Origin: Octopus vulgaris
Lineage: Eukaryota
Direction: 5' to 3'
Length of the DNA: 64,000 nucleotides
Assembly (NCBI GenBank): GCA_951406725.2
Contig: OX597816.1
Coordinates: 158,596,001-158,660,000 of the forward strand
Shown in pieces: positions 37,923-50,647 of this stretch (position 1 is its first letter; each line of letters opens with the position of its first letter). Under the pieces are notes generated by a model, which did not search any database, was not told where the DNA came from, and saw only the letters and a list, made by a program, of their open reading frames with translations. Made by a program: the position numbers and the translations under genes.

Positions 37923-39109
37923 GTGTGGGAGGAAAGTGACAGATGGGTAGGAATTGGGTTAAGTGTGGATGTAGTGAGAAATGAAAAAGGGTGAAGATGT
38001 GGTTGGTGGTAGATGTCAGTATTGAAGAGAGATGAGAGAAATAGAAATGACAACCATCAGCACAGGAGATGTGGGGAGCAGCAGTATCATATATTTGCGG
38101 ATAAATCAGAGAGTAGGGGATGTGCAGTGGGTGACAGTGGAGGATTGGGAGAATGATGAACTGTGGCAAAGATGTGGGTCATAGGCACATGAGACTGGCT
38201 TTAGTGAATGGAGTAACAAAGGCAGAGAGAGGAGGTGTCAATAGTGGATATGAGGTGTTGAGAATGATGGCAGATGAGAGAGGTGTTAAGGATGAGACAT
38301 GGTGGACCTAAGACGTAGCTCAGAGAGCAGGGAGAGATTACTGAAAGGCACAGAAAGTTGGGTGAATCGTGGAAGGTGATATGGACAGAGATGATGAGTG
38401 AAGTTACTGGTACTACCAAAGGTGGAAGGATGAAGTATGACGAGCTGATTCTGATCTCAAATGATCGCCCCAGCTGAATAGTACCTTTGTTAGAAGAGTG
38501 ATGGAGGGATGAACATTAGGAAGATGAAATGATGGGGGAGGGGGTATGTTTGGTGGGGCACAGTTACATGTGTGTGTGTGTGTGATAATCTAACTTTCCA
38601 GTTGTCGTTGTTTAGGGCCAATTTAGTCTTACAATAAAATACATTACAACCATGATCATATCGTTTAACATGTCCTTCTTTTCTAATACAGTAAGGGATG
38701 ACTTCAAAGAGATTTCACTACTATTTCTAGCACTAATAAGTTTAGCAGTGATGTATAGCAGTAAATCCCTGTCTTCTATCCCACCCCACCACCATTACTT
38801 TATGTACATTATTAATTTGTTTTACTTCATTACTGGCCACACTCATCCTCTTTAAACACCATGGAAACTGAGATAATCATGTATGTATCTGTATTTTTGT
38901 GTGTGTGTGTGTGTAGCCTTGTCTTGGCATCACATGATGGTTATGAACAAGCATCATCAACACACAAATATTGTTGTCCAGTCCCTGTTTACCATGAAAA
39001 ACATAACTGTCCATGGGTGAAAAGGGTCAAGGTTGGTGACAGGAAGAGCATCCAATTGTAAAAAATCTCTCTCAACAATTTCCGTCTGTCACATGGAAAC
39101 ATGGAAAAA

Positions 39110-39390
39110 TGGACATTATGTCTCACTACCATGCAGCATTGCAGTCCCAACTCAAGCATCGTACAATCTGCCCTTCACTCTGAGGAAAAAGACCTTGTTG
39201 CCATCAGTGGTAGTAGCTCCCTGAACTTTTTCCAGCCCATTCTTACTCTGACTACTATACTTTCAGAGCAATTACTTCCCTTGCTGATGACATCTTTCAG
39301 GTAGCAAAAGCTATCAACTAGTTCTAGTGAACCATCCAGGCATTCAAGGGGTTCTATTTCTGGTGTGTTCAGTTCATGGAACATTCCAGT
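39110..39390 (-). mobile_element. RTE LINE reverse-transcriptase fragment (pseudogenic)
   Basis: LELVDSFCYLKDVIS...RVRMGWKKFRELLP...KGRLYDA*VGTAMLHGSET: F.YLG-type RT motif and the (Y/H)GSE thumb motif. Confidence 0.88.
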
Positions 39391-40178
39391 GTATTTATCA
39401 TATTTGAATCTTATGTTCTCCGATACTCTGCTTGTGGTTTCACTACATCTCTAGTGCATGTGTGCGTGCATGTGTGTGTGTGTGCATTTGTGTGTAGACG
39501 GTGGAAGTCTAATAGCAAGAAACCATTGACGAGAGGACGGCAAACTTGTTAAGCAACAATAGAATCAGGTTACAGGATCGAGCAATCAGACATTGAGTAG
39601 AGAGCTTAGGTGAACACTTTTTTTCTCTTTTAAACAACTATGCACATACCAATGGCACGAAAAGCAAACCCCCGCCACACACAAACAAACACACACACAC
39701 ACACACAAACTGCTAACTGCATTTTTATGAGTTTAGTTTGTCTTGTTTTTTTTCTTCATTTCTTAGTTTTATGTTGTAATTACATATTTACTAAAACCAA
39801 CTGGAGAACCATCAATTAGTTTAAGAACAGCGGTAAGGCATGTATAGTTACAGATGTATTGGTCGGCAGGAAGGAAAAAAAGAATACCATCTATTTCAAT
39901 ATACTTTCTTTCTTGCTCTTCAATCCAGACTTGCATATTAAGTTGTCTACATAGCTATTAATGCATAACAGCCAGAAAACATGAGAATTTCAGTAATCTC
40001 ACACACATATCATCATATATTCAACCATTGAAGTTAGAGCTATTTTATTGCATGGCAAACCCTCAACTTAAATCACAAAGTGCCATACTTTATTTTCTAA
40101 TCAAATTACTTCTCAACACAGCAGTCACCAATGAACTTCTGCAGTAGTTGATAAATCAATCATTATTATTATTATTTA

Positions 40179-41000
40179 AGGTGGTGAGCTGGGAGAATCG
40201 TTAGCATGCTGGGCAAAATGCTTAGTGATATTTTGTCTGCCGCTATGCTCTGAGTTCAAATTCCACTGAGGTCAACTTTGCTTTTCATCCTTTTGGGATT
40301 GATTAAATAAGTACCAGTTGAACACTGGGGTTGATGTAATCGACTCAACCCCTCCCCCAAATAGCTGCCCTTGTGGTAAAATTTGAAACCATTATTATGA
40401 TTATTATTATTATTATTTTTAAGGCGGCAACCTGGCAGAACCATTAGCATGCCAGGCAAAATGCTTAGTGGCATTTCATCCATTTTTATGTTGCGAGTTC
40501 AAATTCTGCTGAGGTTGACCATTCATCCTTTCAGGGTCAATGGATTAAGAACCAGTTGAGCACTGTGGTTGATGTAATTGACTTAATCCACATCCCTGAA
40601 ATTGCTGTCTTTGTGCCAAAATTTGATGCCATTATTATTAATGTGGTGAGCTGATAGGATTGTTAGCAGGAGAAAATGGGCAGTAACATTTCTTCTTATT
40701 ACATTGTGTTCTGAGTTCAAATTCCACTAAAGTTGACTTTACCTTTCATCCTTTTGGGGTTGATAAAATAAATACCAGCTGAGCATCGGGGGTGGGGATC
40801 AATGTAATTAACTTAGCTCTCCCCTCAAAACTGTTGGCCTTGTACCAAAATTTTTAAAGAATTATTACTGCAGTATTTAGTTACAGCAAGTTATGTCCTG
40901 AGTTCAAACCTTGCCAAGGTCAACTTTACCTTTCATCTCTCTGGGGTTGTTACAATAAAGTACCAATGTAGAACTGGGATAGATTTAAATAACTGTTTTC
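40179..41000 (+). mobile_element. Head-to-tail array of four SINE family B copies
   Basis: Repeated head/B-box/body units separated by (att)n. Confidence 0.88.
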
Positions 41001-41589
41001 TGCTGTTAAATCTAGGGTCACAAGCCTTGTATTAATTTACAATGTAGTGACTGCTCAAATTAAGACACTGCCAATGGATTGGTTATGTGGCATATCTGTT
41101 ACCAGGCAAATTCTAGTGATAATTGACGATAATAATCTTCTTTGGTTGGCTGATGTTAAAGTACAATTAGCTTCTGTGTTATGCACATAACTTTGTTATA
41201 ATCCACATCTTCGAAAAATTCTCTGTTGTTACTTGATCTATTTGAAATAGCAACTAAATCTCAAATTATCACAACATGCTCCCTTATAAAGAAAAAATAA
41301 TGTACACATTGGACAATATAGTCCTAGATACACAAAAGATGGGATTGTTATAGTTGGAGTGCCTTTGAGGTTTGATCAGGACTAACTTGGGTGAAACACC
41401 AACAACACTAACCCTTTTTATGACAACATGGAAATGAAAAAATAACATATATATTAAATGTTATTTTTTGTATAATTTTCAAAACTTTTCATAAATGTAG
41501 GTATGATTGCATGATTAAGAAGCTAGCTTTGCAATCATGGGTTCTAATAAAATAAATATACACAGATTATAAAAATAATATAAAAAATA

Positions 41590-42060
41590 TTGGGCCTGAT
41601 GGAGGTAAAGTGGCTGAGTTCCTTTGAAGCATTGGGCCTGATGGAGGCAAAGTGGTTGAGTTCCTTTCAAGTGTTGGGTCTGACGGATGCGAGGTGGTTG
41701 AGTTCCTTTTGAGCACTGGGCCTCATGGAAGCAAAGTGGCTGAGTTCCTTTATAAGTATTGGGCCTTGAGTAGGCAATGACCAAGATCTTTGGCGTTATG
41801 TTGAGCATGAGAAGATGACCCATCAAGTCAAGCAAAATCGTAGTTATGGCAGACACCAGTGACACGCAAATGGCACTTGTGTTGGTGGCACGTAAAAGCA
41901 CCTGTTACACTCTTGGAGTGGTTGGCTTTAGGAAAGGCATCTAGCTTTAGAAAACCATGCCAAATCAGACCGGAGCCTTGTGCATCCTTCCAGTGTTCCA
42001 GCCCAGTCAAATTGTACAACCCATACCAGCATTGACAACAGACATATGATGATGATGAGT
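41590..42060 (+). mobile_element. RTE 3' end preceded by four ~42-bp tandem units
   Basis: ttgggcctgatggagg(c/t)aaagtggctgagttccttt x4, then ...gcaatgaccaagatctttggcgttatg and the RTE UTR. Confidence 0.8.
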
Positions 42061-43594
42061 ACAATACTGTTTCTACTTCATGGATTTTCATCTACAGCGG
42101 GAGGTTTCTGAACCTAACAACCGCGATAGTCAAGAGATTATTGTATATCTGTTATAAGGTGGCAAGTAGGCAGAAGTGCTTGCGCACCGAGCAAAATGCT
42201 TTATGGCATTTCATCCATTTTCACATTCTGAGTTCAAAATCCATCAAGGTCGACTATACCTTTAATTCTTTTGGTGGTGGTGGTGGGGGGTTCAATAAAA
42301 TAAGTACCAGTTGAACACTGGGGTCAATATGATCGACTTAGCCACCATCCCCACCTTCACAGCAAAATCGCTGGCCTTGTGTCAAAATTTGAAGCCAGCA
42401 TATTCTTTTACTCGTTTTGGTCATTGACAGCAGCCATGCTGGAGTACCCCCTTGAAGTGTTTTTGACAAACAATTTGACCTCAGGACTTCTTTGCAAGCC
42501 TGGTACTTATACATAAACACACCAGCACCAGGTGTTAAGCAATGATGAGGGGGGGGGGGCAAACACAGACACACACATATGACAGGCTTTTTTCAATTTC
42601 TATCTACCACAAGGCTTTGGTTGGCCTGAGTCTATAGTAGAAGACATTTGCTTAAAGTGCCATGCAGTAGGACTGAACCTGGAATCATGTAGTTGGGAAG
42701 CAAGCGTATTATCAAACAGCCATGCCTGATTTTATTTTTTATATTTTCATGTTATAGAATGAAGATCACAATGCACTGCCTGGTCTGGGAATTGAAATCA
42801 CTATCTTAGAACAATGAATTAAATACCCAAACCATTAGGTTACACACCTTCACGTGATTTTATACAACCAGGTTAAATAGGAAAAAAAAAAAAAAAAAAA
42901 AATTTCAAAGCAGGAAATTGCTCAAATTTCATTACAGATTCTGATGTTTATAAGTTTATCAAAGATAAGTTTAAATAAAAACAGATTTTTTTTCTTCTCT
43001 ATTTCAGATTGTTAAAACAGGAATGAATTAGATACTCCTTGAAATAAATTTAGCATTTATTTTGCTTGTCTCCCACATAGAGATAGATTCCCCTCCCACA
43101 TTGAAATAGTTCCTAATCTAATTATTATTATTATTATCATTATTACTATTATTATTATTAAAATGGTGAGCTGACAGAGCCTTTTAGCATGCTGGACAAA
43201 ATGCTTAGCAACATCTCATCAATCTTTATGTTTTGAGCTCAAATTTGGGATCAAGTACTGGGGTCAAAGTAACTGAATTACCCCTCCTCTCAAAAACTGC
43301 TAGCCCTGTGCCAAAATTTGAAACCATTATTTTTAGTTTTTATTATTATTATTATTATAGCCGTACAGTATACAATATCATGAGGTTGTTGATTGAGGAT
43401 ATTGTGTCTACTGGGGGTTTGTACTATTTGTCAAGTCATAACAAGGACCTCAGACAGACAGTACTTTACACAATATGCATGCAATTCCAAGTAATGCCGA
43501 CTTTTGCAATACACCTAGATTGTAGGGTATCCCTAAGGTTTTCAGATGTTTTTTCAGATTGAGTTGTATTGAACTGATGATAATAGGATGACAA

Positions 43595-43632
<38 letters not shown>

Positions 43633-43633
<1 letters not shown>

Positions 43634-44640
43634 GGTGGTGAGCTGGCAGAATCGTTAGCAAGCTGAATGAAATGCTTAGTGGTATTTCGCCTGTCACTAT
43701 GTTCTGAGTTCAAATTCTGCCGAGGTCGACTTTGCCTTTCATCCATTCACAGTTGATTAAATAAGTACCAGTTATGCACTGGGGTCAATGTAATCAACTT
43801 ACCCCCTCCCCACAAATTTCAGGCCTTGCACCTATAGTAAGAAGGATTATTATTATTATTATTATTATTATTACGGTAGTGAGCTGGCAGAATCGTTAGC
43901 ATGCTGAACGAAATGCTTAGCAGTATTTCACCTGTCACTACGTTCTGAATTCAAATTCCGCCCAGGTTGACTTTGCCCTTCATCTTTTTGGGAGTCAATT
44001 AAGTAAGGACCAATTACACACTGGGGTTGATGTAATCGACTTACTTCCACTCCTCAAATTTCTGTCCTTGTGTCTATAGTAGAAAGGCTTATTCATCATC
44101 ATCATCATTTAACGTCTTTCATGCTAGCATGGATGGGATGGTACCACAAGAGCCGACTAGGCCGAAGACTGCACCAAACATCTGTGTCTGTTTTGGCAAG
44201 ATTTTTACAGCTGGTTGCCCTTCCTAACACCAACCACTTAGGCTTTGAGATGGCAGAATCATTAGCATGCTGAGCAAAATGCTTAGCAAACATTTCATCC
44301 ATCTTAATGTTCTAAGTTCAAATTCTGCCAAGGTTGATTGTGCCTTCCACCCTATTGGGGTTGATAAAATAAGTACCAGTCAATACTGGAGGCAATGTAA
44401 TTGACTTACCCCACCCCTGAAATTGCAGACCTTGTGCCAAAATTTGAAACCATTATTATTATTTTTATTAATGTGGCAATCTGGCAGAACCTTTAGCATG
44501 CTGGACAAAATGCTTAGCGGTATTTCATCGATCTTTATATTCTGAGCTTTTGGGGTTGATGAAGTAAGTACCAGTGAAATGTAACTGACTTACCCTCTAT
44601 CCTGAACTTGTCGGCCTTGTGCCAAAATCTGAAACCATCA
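43633..44640 (+). mobile_element. Array of SINE family B copies, with an RTE UTR fragment (-) at ~44095-44240
   Basis: Four family B bodies with (att)n or (cat)n spacers. Confidence 0.88.
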
Positions 44641-44653
44641 TCATCATTGTCAA

Positions 44654-45440
44654 AGTAATCACTCGCCATATTGCAGTTTACCTATTGCCCCCTCAGTACA
44701 TCACGGATTTTTCTGGCTAATATATGTAAATTTATATTGTAGACTCCTCAGTATATCACAGGTTTCTGCAGCTGATAGGTATTTATATTTTTTTTAGATT
44801 TTAATTATTTCTGTCGTAAAATAAGCATTTTCATGCCTAAAAATTAATAAATTGATAACTAACAAGAGCACTCAGAGAGCGCAAACCTCTGCCAAGGTAA
44901 TGCCAATATCCTCTCAATGATTAGTTGGAGATGATTTTTAAAATGAGAATATCTGAAATAAACTCAACTGCTCTCACAAACGAGAATACTAAAAATGAAC
45001 CCAACCACTCTCAAAAATTAAGTAAGAAAAAACAGGAAAAATAATCCAGAATCCTTGTCTGGTACCAGATCGATCCTAAAATCTAATCAGTTTGTGCCAG
45101 TCATGAGGCCAAACATTCCTGAAAGTTTCATCAGAATCCATCCAGTGGTTCTTGAGTTATCTTGTCCATGGACAAATGAACAAAGACAACTGAAAACAAT
45201 ACCTCTGCCTTCGCTAAGGTGGAGGTAAAAATAGATACAGTACTGCACTGTATAACATTAATTAAAATATAAAAAAAAATACATAGAGTAAACAAAGAAT
45301 CGTACATACTGTATGGAAAGCAAAACTCAGAAGGTGAGTGTGTGATGTTGTTTTGCTTTTATAATAAATAGATATTTGATAGGTGAACCATGATGTACTG
45401 AGGGAGCGATAGGTGAACTGCGATAGGTTGATTGATTACT
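44654..45440. mobile_element. Tigger/pogo-like MITE interrupted by a Helentron-type element
   Basis: Left end agtaatcactcgccatattgcagtttacctattgccccctcagtacatcacgg matches the reverse complement of ~45385-45440; related to 56801-57025. Confidence 0.65.
44861..45228. mobile_element. Helentron-associated non-autonomous element (HINE/DINE-1-like)
   Basis: Starts aacaagagcactcagagagcgcaaACCTCTGCC, contains aaagtttcatcagaatcc, ends in the hairpin ACCTCTGCCTTcgctAAGGTGGAGGT: asymmetric subterminal inverted repeat plus terminal palindrome. Confidence 0.75.
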
Positions 45441-45480
45441 ATGATGATGATGATGATGATAATAATAATAATGGTTTCAA

Positions 45481-45900
45481 ATGAGGGAAAGTAAAATGGC
45501 AATTTTGAGAAGGACGGAGAGAGCAATGGTGAGAGCAATATGTGGTGTGAAACTACTGGATAAAAGGAAAGCTGAGGACTTGATGGGGATGCTGGGGTTG
45601 GAGGAATTGGTGGAACAGCTAGCAAGGGCAAATAGAGTGTGGTGGTATGGACATGTGTTGAGGAGGGATGAGGATCATGTACTGAGGAGAGTGCTTGAAT
45701 TTAAAGTGAATGAACCGTGAAAGTGAAGTCAACCAAAGAAAATGTGGAGGGGATGGGTGGAGGAGGAGATTGGAAGGGTTGGCTTAAGGAGAGAGGACGC
45801 CCAAAACCAGGCGAGATGGTGTGAGAGTGGTTGCTGTAAGAGTAAGGTAGATCGGGCCACCTCTGTTGACGGGGCCAAACCTAGATTTAAATTATTGGAA
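45481..45900 (+). mobile_element. RTE-clade LINE 3' fragment (second family)
   Basis: LRRTERAMVRAICGVKLLDK...RVWWYGHVLRRDEDHVLRRVL...QPKKMWRGWVEE...QNQARW. Confidence 0.9.
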
Positions 45901-47244
45901 TTCATCATCATTTTATAAATTATAAAAATAATAAAAAAAATATATACATTGCTTACCAACCACATGGTTCCGGGTTCAATCCCACTGCATAGCACCTTGA
46001 GCAAGTGTCTTCTACTATAGCATTGGGCCGACCAAATCCTTGTGAGTGGATTTGGGAGATGGAAACTGAAAGAAGCCTGTCATATATATGTGTGTGTGTG
46101 TGTGCGTATATGTTTGTGTCTGTGTTTGTCCCCCCACCATCGCTTTGACAACCGGCATTGAGATAGATCCAGCCTCGCCCTATTAATGGGAACAAAACTC
46201 AGATTTAAAACACTGGATGATGATGATATATGGGTTAACAAGGACATCAAGGTGTAGAAACCATGCCAAAACAGACATTTGGATCCTAGTACAGCTCTCG
46301 GTCTTTCCAGCTCCTGTTAAATTGTCCAACCGATGCCAGCATGGAAAACAGATGATGATGATGTTTCTTTTCTAGAAAACATTTTTTTGATTTACTGTTC
46401 TATTTTAAACAGTTGCTTATACTTCTAGGTTTCATAATAGGGTAACACCAGGATGCCAGAAGGTATATAAGGTAAGAAGGGGGAGACAAATAAACAAAGA
46501 GCGTTTACATAACCCCAATAGCTCTCATGACAAGAGAGCAAGGGTAGGTAATCGATAGCATTGCCCACCACACCTCATCTAGTGTTCTTAGGTAACACCC
46601 AAATGTTTGTATAATTTTTTAAAAATATAAAATAATATTAGATTCATCGAAAGACAAGATTTCATTAGTAAAACTATTTTTTGTAAGGCTGGAGGATAAA
46701 ACCCAGCAGAAAGCAAACAAGCATAAATTTAGTGGGGGGAGAGGAGAAACTTATTAATAAACTCTTGCACAGTGACACCTTATGGTAGTAATAGCAGGAA
46801 GCCCTCAAGTTTTAAGTCTCTCGAATCAAGTAAAAGGAGAGGATTTGTACTAATAACATTTGTAGCCCACCCAGAATGGTGAAATTAATATGGCTGATTC
46901 TCAGAATGAATGTTTGTAGGAAAAAAAATATGTAAAAAAAGGACAGGTCTGAATGCTTTGAGCAGAGTGAACTCCAGTAAACGAACCCATGGATTAGAGA
47001 GCAGTGTGTTAAATGGGGGTTATGCTGTTATGTCTATCGCTTTTCCGTTTCTAGGACAATGGAAAGGAAAAAAAAGAATAATAATTGCAAACAGGTTAAA
47101 GAGGTACAGGTGTAACTGAGTGGTTAAGAAGTTTTAGGTTCAGTCCCATTGTGTGGCACCTTGTGCAATTGTGTTTTATTAAAAGCCCTGGGCCAACCAA
47201 AGCTTGTGTGTGGATTTGGTAGATGGAAACTGAAAGAATCCCAT

Positions 47245-47278
<34 letters not shown>

Positions 47279-48084
47279 TGTATACCTTTGTCCTGATGTC
47301 ACACAATGGTCATGAATGAACCCATGGATTAGGGAGCAGTGTTAAATGGGGGTTATGCTGTTATGTCTATTGCTTTTCCGTTTCTAAGACAATGTAAAGT
47401 AAAAAAAGAAAAATAATTGTAGCTAACTGTCACATGACACTATCTAAGCTTCAACTGACCAACAGAGGGGAAGGACGTGTAGTTCTGGCCCACACCCTCT
47501 CTAAACTTACCTTCCAATAGCGTCGTGTTAGTTTCAGTCACTTTCTGCCAAACTGCTTGGTTAAAGAACATAAACATACTAACATCGGTTTTCAAGCAAT
47601 GGTGGAGAAACACAGACACACATATATGATGACTTTCAAATGGTTTCCATCTACCAAATTCACTGACAAGGTATTGGTCAGCCTGGGGTTATAGTAAAAG
47701 ATGCTTGCTCAAAATGCCATGCAGTGGAACTGAACTGGAAACCACATGGTGGCAAAGCAACCTTCTTAACCACATAACCATATCTGCACCTCGCTATATC
47801 AAAAGTTGGAACATTCGAGTGAGATGTGGTCATCTGACCCATCTAAGAGGACAGTAACTCCAAATAAGAACTGACTTACAGTGTCATAAGCATCCAAGCT
47901 GAGCCAGGATGGTAAAACAAACATGAGGATGAAAATGATGATAATAAAGATGACAACGATGGTAAAGATGATGACAAAAATGAAGAGGATGATGATGATA
48001 AAGATGACAAGAATGAGGATGACAGTGATGATGATAATGACAAAGATGATGATGACAATGATGTGATAATATAATCATAAAATT

Positions 48085-48284
48085 TAATAATGTACAAATG
48101 TCTGGAAAGCGAACAATGTATGAGTCAGATACATGCTTGCGTGTGTATGGAGGGGAGAAAATCAGGTGTAGTGTTGGCGAATCTCAGAAAGCATGGAAGT
48201 TTTGAAGGATGCAGTGCTCTGACAACTAACAACTGATGCTGGCAGTTTGTTCCATGCTTCAGCAACTCTCAGCATGAAAAAAAA
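48085..48284 (-). mobile_element. CR1-type LINE 3' fragment
   Basis: Near-identical to ~51010-51210. Confidence 0.85.
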
Positions 48285-49756
48285 TGTGATCTGAGCAATA
48301 CGTAGCTGTTATTTCTAGCATGTTGAGTAACTATACAGAGGCTCCCTTGATGGGTTGCTATTACAGGAAGTAAGGAGATTAGTGAAAAGTACATAGCATT
48401 GGAGAATGGAAGTTGAGACAGAGTTAATTAGGGTGTCTGCCAAGTCAGCTGCCAGACGTCAGAGTTTCAATGATGATAAAGATGACAAGAATGAGGATGA
48501 CAGTGATGATGATGATGATGATAATGACAATGATGATGATAATGACAAAGATGATGGTGAAGTTAAGTCGCCACCATTGTCTAAGGATTATACCACAAAT
48601 AGTCTATTCTATTACTGATGTCAATTAACTCCAGGCTAAACCTGGATTTATGATCAAAGATTTATGATCAAAGGTATTCCGGTGGTGACCGTCCTGTGAT
48701 TGTTTAGGCTAAGTAAGCTACATTATCTTACATAACCTTCCATCTTAAGATGGTAAACTGTGATCTGAGCAATACGTAGCTGTTATTTCTAGCATGTTGA
48801 GTAACTATACAGAGGCTCCCTTGATGGGTTGCTATTACAGGAAGTAAGGAGATTAGTGAAAAGTACATAGCATTGGAGAATGGAAGTTGAGACAGAGTTA
48901 ATTAGAAATCAGCTGAGTCACATCACCGACTGGATCAGCAGCTTACAGTGACTGCATCTATAGCTTTTGTCAAACCATCCAGCCTGTGCCAGCATGGAAA
49001 ATGGGCATTAAATGATGATGAAGATGATGGTGATGATGATGTGTGTGTATATGTATACACACATACACACACACAGATATATTGGTGTAGGAGTTGCTGT
49101 GTGGTTAAAAAGCTTGCTTTTCCATCACACGGTCTTGGGATCAGACCACTGCATGGCAACTGAACTTGGCACTTATTCTATTGGTCTCTTTCGCCAAACT
49201 GCCAAGTTACAGGGATGTAAACAGACCATCACCGATCATCAAGCTGTGGTGGGAGACAAATACACACACACACACCCATACACACATACATCTGGCACCG
49301 TGCTGTACTCAAGTAGATGTGTCCAGCACAGCAGAATTGATACAAGTGCTGGTGCCATGTAAAAAACATTGGTGCTGATGCCACTTTAAAAGTACTGTTG
49401 CTGGTGGCACACAAAGAGCACTGATGCTGGTGCCACATTAAAAGCACTTAGTACACTGTAAAGTGGTTGACATTAGGAAAGGCATCCACTAACAGAAATC
49501 ATGCTAGAACAAGAAATGGGGCCTGGTGCAGCCCTCGGCCTTACCAGCTTTTGTCAAACCATCCAGCCTGTGCCAGCATGGAAAATGGGCATTAAATGAT
49601 GATGAAGATGATGGTGATGATGATGTGTGTGTATATGTACACACACATACACACACACATATATATATATATATGGCATTTCAATATGTAACTGAGTGTG
49701 TATCATTGGCGATTTTCTTTCTCCGTCTTCCTTTCCTTGGACCTTTCCTTTTCTAT

Positions 49757-49791
49757 GTTTCTGATGAAGAGCTCCGCTCGAAACATTAAAT
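49757..49791 (+). ncRNA. Degenerate minimal hammerhead-ribozyme motif within a ~215-bp element (49675-49890)
   Basis: gttt-CTGATGA-a-GAG-ctccg-CTC-GAAAC-att-aaat: both core boxes and a short stem II are present; the cleavage triplet and stem I are imperfect. Confidence 0.5.
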
Positions 49792-49885
49792 CCTCCTTCT
49801 TTCTTTCCTTTCCTGAGCGTCCAATAACACTATACTTGTTCCATGTCCTCGTGTTGTTGTGTTTTCTCTTTGTTCATGTTTGGAT

Positions 49886-49932
<47 letters not shown>

Positions 49933-50647
49933 GTATGTATATCTATTTATACACATACACACATATATACAACAGGCTTCTTTTCAGTTTCCATCTATAG
50001 TAGAAGACACTTACCCAAGGTGTCACACAGTGGGACTGATCCTGAAGCTGTGTGGTGTACATTTTCGATCATAGTTCCACTCGATCAGACAGAACTATCC
50101 TAGAGCTAAACAACAACAACAGTATGTTATAAGAGGAACAAAAAAAAAAACACAATAGGACACAAAATATGCACTAATTTATACCCGGCTCCTGTTGTGC
50201 AAGATATTTGCAGGAAGGAATGAGTCACTGGCTCCTGTTACTTATATCATGTGAAGACCAAGTTAAGTGGATTGTGTTACTTCATTGATAAATAGCTGAC
50301 CCCACCACCATTGCCTTCCTCTCTCTTTCATTTACTGATGAAGGAACGTTTTTACTACACACATATGCAGGTGCATGCATACACACACACATACATAGGC
50401 ACACATTTACTACCTACCTACAGATATGTGTGTGTGTATATATATATAGAGATACATATACATATATATATCTAGATACATATGCACACACAATACACAC
50501 ATATATAAATACATATGCACACACACACATATACATACACATGCGCATACACATGTACATACATATAAATACACACATATATGTATATACATATGCATAT
50601 ACATATGCACACACACACACATATACAAACACACACACACACGTATA

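Noticed and set aside
42985-43030. Strong plus-strand splice acceptor (ttttttttcttctctatttcag)
   Set aside because: No nearby donor or sustained reading frame, and it is on the opposite strand to the other exon candidates.
45314-45340. Plus-strand ATG...AAG|GTGAGT mini-exon (MESKTQK)
   Set aside because: Lies inside the Tigger-like MITE.
47505-47530. Minus-strand AAG|GTAAGT donor
   Set aside because: The upstream sequence is a SINE tail with no acceptor or ORF support.
48406-48618. Asp-rich acidic ORF
   Set aside because: Derived from a (GAT/GAC)n tract within the local duplication.
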